64,000 bases of DNA from Schmidtea nova (taxonomy: Eukaryota), in NCBI GenBank assembly GCA_044892505.1, contig CM097882.1:375472001-375536000 (forward strand), given 5' to 3'. The notes under the pieces were generated by a model that saw only the letters and a program-made list of their open reading frames with translations, had not been told where the DNA came from and made no database searches. Shown here piece after piece: positions 40,941-53,412 of the stretch. Made by a program: the position numbers and the translations under genes. How positions within the stretch are numbered: the first letter of the stretch is position 1; the number at the start of each line of letters is the position of its first letter.

Positions 40941-41729
40941 AGTTGTATTTCTTTTTATCAAGTTTTTTAATTTTTTTTGAGTTCCTATAGTAATTCTGAT
41001 TATTACTATAGGAATTGATTTAATTTTTATTTGAATTAATTTTTTAATTCTCATAAATCTAAATTATAATAATAATAATAAAAAATTGCACACACCAACA
41101 AAAAGGGGGGGGGTCCCCGGTGACCGCAAAGGCACCGTCCATAACAATGACGGCGCTTACCACCAAGTACTCGAATACCACTAATCTTAAAATAAATTAG
41201 GCAATAAAATATGTCATTCACAATTACTATTGTACTTTACTGTTTTATTTTATTTTGCGTTATTTTACTGCGTAATGCTTTATCGTGTGTTTTTTAACTT
41301 GTTCCTTTATGTATATATTTAATTTTTGATAAATTCAACCGAAATTTATTTTCGATTTCGCCAGCCCAACAGAATAATATTTTTCGAAGTTTTCACATGT
41401 AATTTATATGTACCTCGAATTACATAACAATAAAAATTGCACGGAAATTATTAGCAAGATACAATATGATAGAGTAAGAAATTTCATTTCTAAAATCTGC
41501 AGGGCCAAATTTTAAATCTTTGCTATAAGCCAGTGGATTACAGAAGAATGTTCAAGACCATTGATATGATGAAGAATCGTATGATAAAACGGACTTCGAT
41601 TTCAACGTAGAACTATCATATACGTATGAAACTATGACTTAAATTTATGTACAATAAATATTGTGACTAAATAAAGAATTTTATGTGTTTTGTAATTTTC
41701 CTTATAATATCGAAAGTAGGATAGTCGCG

Positions 41730-41730
<1 letters not shown>

Positions 41731-41770
<40 letters not shown>
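41731..41770. repeat. (TA)n microsatellite
   Basis: Direct observation. Confidence 0.95.
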
Positions 41771-41773
<3 letters not shown>

Positions 41774-41782
41774 CTATCGGGT

Positions 41783-42898
41783 TGTTGGTGAAATTTAAAA
41801 TTTATTTAACCCACAAAATAACAATTTTGAGACAATATAAACTTTTATTGATTATCACAGTTGACTACACAAATTACAATGACAGGTTCAATTCAATACT
41901 ACACCAGTTAATTATATAGCGCTTATTGCAACACTTCATGGGGAATAGCACTAATGTATAATACCTAAAATTTAACAATCACTGACCAGAGTTGGATTCA
42001 ACAATTGTCAAATTGATTTTGGTTGTTCTCTTGCTCTGACTTGGTAATTTATTCAATAGGTTTCGACTCTTTTCTTATTCGATTAAATTTTGTTTTGCTA
42101 CGTTCAATTTAATCTTCTCAAATTAACATTTTCCAATAATATAATTCTAATAGACTCAATAAGTTTCTTTTCAATCTCCTCTAACAACTTCAATTTCTCC
42201 AACCTAATATCCTCTTTTCTAATTATTAATTTCTTTAATTCTAACTTCTAGCTTCTCTAATTTTTAACTTCTCCAATTTCACTTCTCCAATCTGAATCTT
42301 TTCTTTTAACTTCTATAATCTGAATTCTAATTAATCTACTGTGGTTTCTCCCTTTTTAAGCTCGTCATTCTCTCATACTTGAGATTATTTTTATTTTCCC
42401 ATTTCTTTGATTCCAGCATATTCCATACTTTCTTCATGGCTCTTGCTTTATCTCTGACAGCTATCAAGATATGCCATTCCTTCCTTTTTGTTGTTCCGAC
42501 TTTTTCCACAGCACTCTTGATATCTCTGAAAAATGTCAAGATATGAATTTTCTTATTGTTTTTGTTTTCCAATTTTGGAATTTCTTTTCCTTTTTTTGCA
42601 GTTATTAATTATCAATGACCTTATCTTGCTTTATTGTTCGATTTCTTTTATTTTGCTAATATTTTTTGGCCTGCCTTCTTCTTTTCCAAGTTCCAGAACA
42701 TCGTCTCGTTTAGCATGTCAATTTTCCTTCCAATTATTTTATTTACTTATGATATTATTTAATTTTATTATTTAGGTATATTTAACATATATAATTCCTG
42801 TATTGGTAATATTGAGAACCATTTGGTCATACATCGAAATAGATAATAAAGTTGGTGTGTTGGTGTGTTGGTAGATGTTGTTCAACTTGGGGTTTACA
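41783..42898 (-). mobile_element. Solo LTR (1116 bp) containing a decayed ORF
   Basis: TG..CA termini with perfect 4-bp TSD GGGT; minus-strand AATAAA near the end; K/E-rich ORF relic ~42570-42100. Confidence 0.85.
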
Positions 42899-43012
42899 GG
42901 GTATTGATAAAAATTAAAATGAATATTTTTATTGATAAAAATTAAAATTCTTAAATTCCAGAATTTAAATAAAATTTATATATTTGCTTCAATCGATGAG
43001 CTTATTGATAAA

Positions 43013-44881
43013 ATGCCTTCGTTGTTTAAAAGACTTACGGATTCATTAAAACGGACTAAACCAAAACCTAGTTCTCCTATAATATTAAATGTAACTACCC
43101 CAAACAGTGATCACGGTGAAGCCATATCACCATCTTCCTCTAACATCACATCAATAACGTCCTTGGGAAATCCGACAATAAAAGTTAAATCAAAGTTTTT
43201 AAGCAATAAAAGTTTCATGAACAATAATTCTGATTCCGAGAGATATTACGAAACTTGGAAAATGGGGGACAATAATCCTAATGAAATAAGCGTAGTAAAC
43301 TGTTTGTCTGGTTACAGTAAAGAGATCTACTCTAACGATACAATCAAATCCTATTTAAAACAGGAATCAGAATTCGAAAATCAGAATTCATCAACGCCAG
43401 CTCAAAATGACATCAATTCAAATATAAAATTGAAATTATTGGCTGACCATGAAAATTTACTTCAGAAAAACAAGAAAATACGAAAACGGTATGAAAAGGC
43501 AAAAAGTCTGAATGATTTATTGAAAGCCGAAATTGCGGAATTGGAAGCTGTAAACAAAAGACTTACTTCTGACAACGCAGAAACCCTTCATGAGGCCATA
43601 AAGCATCGGTTTTTGAAATTAGAATCGGAAGACCTTTCGAAAAAAACAGACCAATACAAACAAAAACTCGAAGAAAAAGAAAATCTAATTGTGAAATTTC
43701 AAAAACAATTCGAAAACATTCGAATGAAAAGTACTGAGGCCTACAAATTAAAAGAAGAGGCTCAACTGGAAGCCTCGCATTCCTGTGTGAAATTGAAAGA
43801 ACTGACGAATGATTGCGCAGAATTAGATATCTACAAAAATGAGAACGCTCAGAAACGGTTCTTTTTCAATGAATTGCAAAATATCCTGGGAAATGTGAGA
43901 GTTTATTTGAAAATCAAACCAACGGTCGGAGAATCGTGCATTTCATTTATGGGTGACGATAAAGTTTTATTGAAAACAACAAATAATAAAGAAAAACAAA
44001 TAATTTGCCAGTTTACTCAAGTTTTTCAGCCTCAAGTAAGTCTTAAAGAAATATTCGAAGACTACGAACCTTTATTAATGACCGTTGTCGATGGATACAA
44101 TTGCAGTTTTATCAATTATGGACAAATAGGAAGTGGGAAATCTTTAACTTTATTCGGTGAAGATAACAATCCGGGAATTTTGAGTAATTCTTTGCGCTAC
44201 TTGTTATCGACAACCGAAGAAAGCACGAATTGTAAATATAGCATTTCATTGTCGGCAGTTCAAATAAACAAAAATAACATTTTCGATATCTTTCGAAGGA
44301 AGCAAGTAAACATAGTTGACGATGGTCATAACTTGATTTTACGGAACAATGATGAACGAGTTTTGAATAATATCACTCAATGCAATGAAATTGTTCGGCT
44401 AATCGAGTTGAATAAGGATTCTTTAAAACCAGTCCCTAATAGTTACAGGACATTTACGCACTTGGTAATTATTGTAAGAGTTATTGGTACTTGTAAATTA
44501 AGTCATAAGAAAACATGCGGAATTGCAATGTTTTGTGAATTAGCTGGATTTGAAAACGAAAATAATTTAAAGTTCTCCGAAAGAGATTACTTAAAAGAGG
44601 AAAAACTCGTTCAAGAGAGTCTCATTGATCTTGGGAAAAAACTCGTAACTTTAAAAGGAAAAGTGAGAAAAACGACTCGACCTTTGTCAATTCTAACGAA
44701 AGTTTTACAACCATGCTTAACAAAGAATTCGAAATGTGTTTTATTTATCCATTGCTTGAGTGACTCTGAAGAGCGGTATGCTATAACGAAATCAATTCAG
44801 TACGGTTTAGCAGTTATGCCAAAATTGAAAACACATCAGCCGAAACATTTAATTCAGTGGGATTTTGGTGATGATAAATAA
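43013..44881 (+). CDS. Intronless C-terminal-motor kinesin (kinesin-14-like), 622 aa, divergent catalytic motifs
   Basis: Low-complexity N-terminus, coiled coil, neck FNELQNILGNVRV, VDGYN, P-loop YGQIGSGKS, ELAGFE, LTKVLQPCL; first ATG at 43013. Confidence 0.92.
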   Translation: MPSLFKRLTDSLKRTKPKPSSPIILNVTTPNSDHGEAISPSSSNITSITSLGNPTIKVKSKFLSNKSFMNNNSDSERYYETWKMGDNNPNEISVVNCLSGYSKEIYSNDTIKSYLKQESEFENQNSSTPAQNDINSNIKLKLLADHENLLQKNKKIRKRYEKAKSLNDLLKAEIAELEAVNKRLTSDNAETLHEAIKHRFLKLESEDLSKKTDQYKQKLEEKENLIVKFQKQFENIRMKSTEAYKLKEEAQLEASHSCVKLKELTNDCAELDIYKNENAQKRFFFNELQNILGNVRVYLKIKPTVGESCISFMGDDKVLLKTTNNKEKQIICQFTQVFQPQVSLKEIFEDYEPLLMTVVDGYNCSFINYGQIGSGKSLTLFGEDNNPGILSNSLRYLLSTTEESTNCKYSISLSAVQINKNNIFDIFRRKQVNIVDDGHNLILRNNDERVLNNITQCNEIVRLIELNKDSLKPVPNSYRTFTHLVIIVRVIGTCKLSHKKTCGIAMFCELAGFENENNLKFSERDYLKEEKLVQESLIDLGKKLVTLKGKVRKTTRPLSILTKVLQPCLTKNSKCVLFIHCLSDSEERYAITKSIQYGLAVMPKLKTHQPKHLIQWDFGDDK

Positions 44882-44959
44882 TAACTACATTGCATTTAAC
44901 AGTTTTAATAATTAAACTTAACATAAAGTGTTCAAATATTTTTATTATAGATTCAGCTT

Positions 44960-47900
44960 TCAGTTTTCTTCTTGCCAATAAATGTCTTTTTTGATTTCCG
45001 GGATTTCTCGATGCATGTCATCAACAATTAAGTAAGCGATCTGAGAACAAAAATAGTTATAAAACAGGTTAAATTTAATTGGTTAATTAAAAACGCCATT
45101 TTAGTCATTTGTCAAAAGTTATTAAAGTATCAGATATTATTGATTAGTTAATTTACTTATTTTCTTATATGCAAATTCCGATTGATTTTGTTAAATTAAA
45201 AATTAAATTTCAGTAATAAAATCGATTTCATTCCATGATATTTTCTTTTATAACAATAATTTCGAAATCAATTATTGGTACTTTCCGACATTTAGCACTT
45301 ACGACACCCAATTTGAAGATAAAATCTGCTTACGGGGAGAGGCGTTACTAGGGTATGGCAGGCATGGCACATGACATGGGCGCGAAAAAGCGCCTAACGT
45401 ATAAATACCCTATTGAAAATAAAAATATTTTTATAGATATAATTATGTGTATTAAAAAACTGCGTAGGAAAAGGCACGCATTCGTTTTTTGTTTGTTTGT
45501 CCATGTTCTCTATGCCTCTAGCTCTATTTCTCTCTACAAATGTGATTTTGTATTTGAAAAAAAGAAATGCAGAACAGTAGCGTCTGTTGTGTTCTGTGCT
45601 AACGCCGTTCGGAATGCGGGGAATCCCCGTCGCGTAGCACGTGCATCGGTATTCTAACGTAGGTACGATAAACGAGAATCAATCTCTTTGCAGTCTGTTG
45701 CTCAATTCAAAATTCGTTCGCGTTTGATTTTCGTTTAATACATAGTTGATAGTTTTTCGATCCTGAATAATATCTAAATTACGTTTTAAACGACAAATTT
45801 GTTGAGTGTTAAAGTGGCCAGTGTTTCTTTATAAATCTAAGAGATATTAAGGTAAATATATATTTTTATATTTTTTTAAGTAGTCAAAGTTGGTTTTAAA
45901 TTTAAATTCTATTCTACTAAGAGGGAACAATAATAAAAATGTTAATTTCTTTCCTATGAGGATATTGAAGTGAAATTTGTAAATGATGTACTTCTTGAAG
46001 AATATCATATATTTATTCATGTTTATAAAATTTTATTTCTTGATTTTTTAAAAATGGCTGTTAATCAGTGTCCATATTAAAACAATAAATAAAGTGTTAA
46101 TAGAGTGTAATAAAGTGTTAATAGATTTAACTTGTATGTGGTCATTAAAACCAACATAGCATTTTAACTCTAAAGTAGTTTTTTAGAAANNNNNNNNNNN
46201 NNNNNNNNNNNNNNNNNNNNNNNNNNNNNNNNNNNNNNNNNNNNNNNNNNNNNNNNNNNNNNNNNNNNNNNNNNNNNNNNNNNNNNNNNNNNNNNNNNNN
46301 NNNNNNNNNNNNNNNNNNNNNNNNNNNNNNNNNNNNNNNNNNNNNNNNNNNNNNNNNNNNNNNNNNNNNNNNNNNNNNNTTAATCGGTTCTAGAATTTAG
46401 CCGTACTATTTGAAACCGGACTATTCGAGGCATTCTGACGCTAACAAATTTACGGCTTAGTACCCCTATTAAGAAATATAAAAGTCAACATACTCTACGA
46501 TTAAAAATATAAAACCAACAACTTTGATCTATTATTGATCTATTGATTTTATAATAACGAATAAATTGTAAAAATTTAATTTTAAAAAACTTTTTTAAAT
46601 TTCGAAAATTTTATTTAATCATTTTAAAAACAATCATATTTTGAAAATTTCAAAACCATACTATAGAGAAACCGTACTGATCGAAACCGTACTATGCNNN
46701 NNNNNNNNNNNNNNNNNNNNNNNNNNNNNNNNNNNNNNNNNNNNNNNNNNNNNNNNNNNNNNNNNNNNNNNNNNNNNNNNNNNNNNNNNNNNNNNNNNNN
46801 NNNNNNNNNNNNNNNNNNNNNNNNNNNNNNNNNNNNNNNNNNNNNNNNNNNNNNNNNNNNNNNNNNNNTGGTAACAGTAATTATTAGTTTTATAATAACT
46901 ATAGGTCAATTAAAATATTTTATTTAAATGATGCTAAAATTTCGTTATTAAATCACTAATAAACGAATACACACAAAACAGTTCTTAACAATATACATCA
47001 GTATACAGATTACTAAAATATTAACAGTTTCATTTAAAGTTAATAAATAACTAAGACGTTTTTGTAATGAGATTTATTAAGCAAACCATAATTTCATCAC
47101 AAACTATCTTCATATCTTCTTTTCATTTCTCATCGCGATAATGACCACATACATGACTTTTATTCTTTTCAATCCAATTTCTTTTATCATCATCATTTGT
47201 AAAAGCAATTTTCGACTGCTGGAAACTAAATAATTGAAGATCTTGTGTACCAAGTTGACATTTTGGTACTATACTATTATAACAATCCAGATACGACAGA
47301 TGTTTGATGTCAGTACCCTTCAATGTTATTCTTTTAGCTTTAATTGATTAGTCTTCTTTTTCCCTTAAGAAAATCTAACATTTTTGTCTTAAAAAACTCA
47401 TTCTTTATATCCATCGCATTTACTTTCATCCTTGAACTTTTTGATAACTGAATCCAATTTCTGGGGAAAAGATTAAGTTCAGAAGGATAATTAGACATAT
47501 CCAAGAGCTTATCATTAACTATTGCCAGTAATAATGTATCTAAATTAACATTATAACATTCCAAGAAAAAACTATCGGTATCTCCAGCAACAAAATGTTT
47601 TTCCAAACTAAATTGTGATCAACATTTAGCTAACTTCAAATATTGTTTTATGTTTTTCTCCTTTTGTAAGTTGCTTCACATTTTAGGCAAGTGAATTATT
47701 TTGGGAAAAGCAAAGGCATTTAGTAGTAACACAACAAAGACAGACACATTTAAAAACATAAGATATTTGCGACTTTCGGAGTTAGTGTTTTAAAAGTGCA
47801 TAAGTAATAAAAGTAGGAAGGATGTAGACAGACAAGTCTATGTTATTGATGTTGGGTTAAAGTGTTAAAATATGAAATTACCATTTATTAGCCTGACTTT

Positions 47901-50004
47901 AAATGTGTTTTATTTGAAAACAACAATAACGAATTCAAGGCAATATAGGTTTTTATTGATAAGCACAAGTGATTACAAAATTTCGACGCAAATGAATCAA
48001 TATTGCAACCAAGTGTAATTGAGAGCTTACTATGACATTTCGTGACAAATAGCATTATGGTATAACAATTTGAATTCACAACCACCTAACTGCTGCTTCT
48101 AATTTGATAATTCATCGAATCGATCTAGTTTATTTCTTGCTTTAATTTGAATACTTCAATATGCTTTGTTATTAATTTGATTCACGCTGCTTGTGTAAAT
48201 TTAATAGACAAGCCTACTTTATTCGTTGCTTAATTTGTTTCCATTATCTCTGGATGTGTCTTATTCTGCCTGATTCTGTTCTGTCTCGTTTCGCCTGATT
48301 GTTTGTGCTTTTCCTTTCACTAACACTTTTAAATAATTTTTTTTAATTTTATCTTCCAACACATTTTTTACTTTCTCCCTAAGTCGTCTATTATCTAAGG
48401 CAGCAGTCGAGATATAAAATTTCAATTGATTGCCTTATTTCCTTCTTTCTATTTCCTCTGTGATTCATCTGTGATCTCGGACAAACTGTCGAGATCTAAA
48501 AATTTGATTTCAATTTCGTTTTAGGAATTTCTTTTGTCCCATGTGTACTAATAAACTTCTCTTTTTGAATTGTTTGATTTCGTTGATTTTTGATATTTTC
48601 TTGTCATTTTTGAATTTCTTCATTTTTATGCTTTTTAGAATTCTAGAACAACATACCCTTTATTTTATACATTTTCTCCCGATTATTTTACTCCTTTTAA
48701 TAATTTTTTAATTTTATTATTTATTTATTTTATTATTTATTGGATGTAGTATTATTTAAGAAAGGGAATTGTAAATATATTATGTGTCTCTCACTGTGTC
48801 TCTTATTGTTGTGTCTATTGCTGCAGTGTTCGTTACAAACTTTCCCTGTTAAACATTCTGATGAATGAGTTTTTTTAAAGTTTTCTTGTGATTTCTAATC
48901 TTCAATGAGAGATCAAATTTGTATTAAACTAAAAACTTAGTGTGAACGAATTAACAAAAACGAAATCATGAATTGCAGACCAAAGGCGAAGAAGATTGAA
49001 GAATTAAATGATAATTTAATATTATCAATTAAATATCTAACCGGAAGCTTGCTTAAAGTATTTTTCGGTCATTGAATAGCATTTTTAAGGAAGATAATTA
49101 CCTGTACATTTCTTTCAATTAAAAATGTCATATCAAAATCATCATCCTTTTCTCCAAATGGATCTAAAAGATTCTCAGCAACCTAATAATATACTATCCA
49201 AATTTGATAAGAGTTTTCATTATTATTTTACTTTCAACCACCCGACATAAAATAGAAATTGAAGCATCCCGAAAAACGGAAATATGTAATCTTCCTTTCC
49301 GGAAATAAATTGCCAAGCCATCAAGGCCGCAAAGAAGTAACAATAAACAGTTATGGAGGCCACCTGTTTTGGAAAAATAGTGGAATTTGTTTTATTTGTA
49401 TACTATTTTCCACTAACTTGAGTATAAACCAACGGCGGGCTGATCCATTGATGGACAAATAAGTCACAGAGAATACCTCGAAAGGAAGTTAATGTTTCAA
49501 CTAAAACGTCAAGTTGTCTGTCATCTTTTATCAAATTCTTTCTTCTTGCATCTCTTATTAAATTAGCTGCCCACACAAGAGGAACATAATATTTATTATA
49601 CGATCTATCAATAGACTGTAGGGCTTTTAATTCACTCATATTCATTAAACCTTCGGAAATTTAATATAAACTAAACTTTAATTGACATTGGTTAACGAAA
49701 ACCTGCTTTTTTCATTGACTCTAGAGTTGAAAATAATTTCAGAGTGCTTTTAGAAATTCCTCGGAAAGCAATAATCATTCCCATATTTACATATCGAACA
49801 ATCGTTCTTCTTAAAAGAACAATTTCATCTGATTCGCCTTGTAAGAATGCTGACAATTGCAGAGCGATGTCATCCGGCCACGGCAAGGATTTGAATTGCT
49901 CAGACCACCAATTAATTACTATACTCACATAAAATCCTAGGACAAAAGCAACTGGAATTCTGTTCATAATTTCAATACAATATTGGCACACGAATGAAAA
50001 TACA
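44960..50004 (-). CDS. Bestrophin-family anion channel; five exons found (50004-49703, 49650-49418, 49363-49232, 49182-49102, 45040-44960), 5' exon(s) not located
   Basis: IPVAFVLGFYV, PWPD, RRTIVRY, VPLVW, PLVYTQV, FYVGWLKVAE, PFGEKDDDF, IVDDMH..DIYW; all introns GT-AG and phase-compatible. Confidence 0.93.
47123..47606 (-). pseudogene. Fragment of protein-primed family B DNA polymerase (Polinton/Maverick-type)
   Basis: GDTDSFF, LDMSNYP, KIAF..DDKR..GHY; frameshifted; lies in a bestrophin intron. Confidence 0.8.
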
Positions 50005-50574
50005 CTACAATTGAAATATGATAAATAATTATTCTAAAATATAATTTATTAGGTACCCTAAAAAAATAACCTTGTAATTATATAAAGCTTCAGAAATTAT
50101 AACGTTTTTTTTTATAATTTAATTGGTATTAGATCAAAAAAATTTTTTATAAACAATCTATAGTCATNNNNNNNNNNNNNNNNNNNNNNNNNNNNNNNNN
50201 NNNNNNNNNNNNNNNNNNNNNNNNNNNNNNNNNNNNNNNNNNNNNNNNNNNNNNNNNNNNNNNNNNNNNNNNNNNNNNNNNNNNNNNNNNNNNNNNNNNN
50301 NNNNNNNNNNNNNNNNNNNNNNNNNNNNNNNNNNNNNNNNNNNNNNNNNNNNNNNNNNTTCTCTTTGAAATCATATTCCAATTATCTTTTATAAAAAGAT
50401 TTAATAATGTAATCAAATGTAAGGGTTAGGGTTAGGGTGATAATATATACCAAAAGATTAATAGAAATGATAATAAATAATCAAATAAACATGAGAAAGA
50501 TATAATCATTATAATAATAATAGTTGCAATAATATTATCACAAATATTTGATGCATCGATTAAAACAGAAATAC

Positions 50575-51064
50575 CAGGGCCGGTTTTACCAATAGGCGTA
50601 CCTAGGCGACTGCTTAGGGGCACCAGAACAATGGGGAGCTTGACCAATTAATGCCATTCGTTAATCGGACTTCCGCCCCTGAGCCGTCAAGGCGTTAAAG
50701 TAACTAAAAATTTAAAATTCGCTTTTTGAACAGTCAAAAAAGAGCAAAATCAAGAACGATTAATTTCTCATAATAAATATTGGATTGCAATATGTATTTA
50801 ACTTTAATTTGAATGTATTATTAAGTATGTTAATGAATTATTGATGCTTAAAAAAAGAGTTGATGAAAATTATTCTAAAAACTTTCCTTTATCGTGCCAT
50901 TTAAATACCTTTTTGATAACTCAATTTTTTTCTTGAATTAAATTTGTTTATATTTGTCTATGATATCTTTGGCTATGCATGTGGATATGTAAGTACACTT
51001 ATCGATAAGGGACGCATGAATTTTTCTTTGCCTAGGAGCGCCAGGTACCATTGTACCGGCCCCG
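50575..51064. mobile_element. hAT-like MITE
   Basis: Termini CAGGGCCGG...CCGGCCCCG; 8-bp TSD not preserved. Confidence 0.5.
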
Positions 51065-51811
51065 CATAAAACATTAATAAATAATATTATTAAAGACAGA
51101 TAGAGATAATTTGTAAGAAAGTTAATATAGTTAATGGTGTATATGTATCAACCTGCTAAAGGCTATTATAATTTTAAGCTCAAGGATTCTGGAAAATGGG
51201 ATGACACTGAAAATAGTAATTGTTATTTTGAACTTTTAAAAATAGAAAAGTTGTTAATTAAAAACAGAAATTGTTGACAGATGATGAGTGTTACCACTTA
51301 AAATGGAGAGCAATAAAAATTTAATAAATAAGCTGAGCAAATTTTCAGTTTAAACACACCATAAAATCATTGCGATTGTAAAAACACGACGTCTGAAAAA
51401 GCAAAAGCAGTTCATTATACCAAAGTTTAGTATAAAACTTTAGTGATCAACCAATAACTTGTTGTGCTGTCATTAGAGCAATAATAAACATTCAGTATAA
51501 TTCGTTAATAAAATTATGTTGAAATTACAGTTGAATTTAATTACATAATTTAAACTGTGATAACGATAATAAACTAATGCAGACGTCCCNNNNNNNNNNN
51601 NNNNNNNNNNNNNNNNNNNNNNNNNNNNNNNNNNNNNNNNNNNNNNNNNNNNNNNNNNNNNNNNNNNNNNNNNNNNNNNNNNNNNNNNNNNNNNNNNNNN
51701 NNNNNNNNNNNNNNNNNNNNNNNNNNNNNNNNNNNNNNNNNNNNNNNNNNNNNNNNNNNNNNNNNNNCACTAATATAATTAACAACAAACCCCAATCCAA
51801 ATATATATTTT

Positions 51812-51852
51812 GCACAATATATTTCGAGAACTTAATTCTCTTCATCAGGTGC
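51812..51852 (-). ncRNA. Minimal type I hammerhead ribozyme
   Basis: Reverse complement of the 52884-52924 motif. Confidence 0.85.
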
Positions 51853-52883
51853 TACCCAATCTTACATCCAAATACAAATCAAATAAATCGATTTATTCGA
51901 ACAAATTAGTATTAATTTTTAAAATAAAATATATATTTTAAATTCTATTATAGTCAAAAAATTTAAATCGATTAAAAATTTTTAAATTTAAATAAATTAA
52001 TCTTAAAAACATAATATTCTTTTATTTTTATACAAAAAAATATTTTTTTTAAGAATATATTATAAATATTTCCATATTTATAAACAACAGAATGATTGAA
52101 AACAAAATCCATAATCCCCAATTGAAAATGCTCTAAAACTCGAGTACAGAAAAGACGGTCAGTCTTGTCGAAAGTATGTGGCATTACGCCCATGACATTT
52201 GAAAAATTAAACGAGTATAGAACACAAATCAAAAGAAGAAAATAAACACCATCAACAACCACATCAGTTAATTTACTTAAACCGCAAAAAATGAGGCAAA
52301 CACACGGACTAAAAACTCTCACACTCACATATTCACATACATCGACATGACTGAAAACAACGCTAAATCCTAATAATTGACTCCGCTCTGAAACTCGAAT
52401 ACAGAGAAGACGGGCAGTCTTTTCCAATGTATGTGGCATTTCACCCATGACATTTGAAAATATAAACGAGAACAGAGCAAAGAACAATACAGAAAACTTA
52501 GAATCGCCAACAATCACGTCAATTAATTCATAAACAATAGAATAAGAGAAGAAATCGGGTGTAATGCCACATACTTTGGACAAGACTGTACTCGAGTTTT
52601 AGAACATTTTCAATTGGGGATTATGGATTTTGTTTTCAATCATTCTGTTGTTTATAAATATGAAAATATTTATAATATATTCTTAAAAAAAAAAATTTTT
52701 TTTGTATAAAAATAAAAGAATATTATGTTTTTAAGATTAATTTATTTAAATTTAAAAATTTTTAATCGATTTAAATTTTTTGACTATAATAGAATTTAAA
52801 ATATATATTTTATTTTAAAAATTAATACTAATTTGTTCGAATAAATCGATTTATTTGATTTGTATTTGGATGTAAGATTGGTA

Positions 52884-52924
52884 GCACCTGATGAAGAGAA
52901 TTAAGTTCTCGAAATATATTGTGC
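52884..52924 (+). ncRNA. Minimal type I hammerhead ribozyme
   Basis: GCAC-CUGAUGA-A-GAGAA-uuaag-UUCUC-GAAA-UAUA-UU-GUGC: stem I, core, stem II, palindromic loop III, AUU cleavage triplet. Confidence 0.85.
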
Positions 52925-53412
52925 AAAATATATATTTGGATTAGCGTTTGTTTTTAATAATAATAATAACAATATTTTGCATAATAAGTTTTTCTGTGCC
53001 GATCATATTCATATTCGTTGTAAAGGTTTCTAGTACAAGTTTATGTGTGTGAGAACCTATTTATCTCCTGTATAAATATCAATGAGTCCGGTGTTGGCTG
53101 GCTAATCTGAGTGGTAGGCAATAAACTCAATAGACCCAAAATAATTATCGGTTTATAGAAACAAGCGACGAAAAAGGTCATTAGTTGAGAATTAAGGAAA
53201 TTATTTTTAGTAATTATCTTTTCGGTCTCATCTTCTATTTATTTTTTAATTCAATAATGTTGATATTGAATTTTGTAAGACTATAGATCAAAAATTTATT
53301 TTTGATTGGTAGGTACTGTTGAATTATTTTTGTTTGCTTAAGATCGGTTCAAATATCTAACTCTTCATGTCCGTTTAAATAATCGAAAATCAATAAAACC
53401 CTACACAGAATA

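Larger units (their letters stand above)
51784..52952. mobile_element. Penelope-like element relic forming a ~400-bp-arm inverted repeat
   Basis: Near-perfect inverted arms, each with a minimal hammerhead; centre has three copies of a GIY-YIG fragment (KCHG.NATYIGK / KTDRLFCTRVLEH). Confidence 0.8.

Noticed and set aside
50420-50438. Interstitial telomeric TTAGGG repeats
   Set aside because: Only 2-3 units; not distinguishable from chance or a small repair scar.
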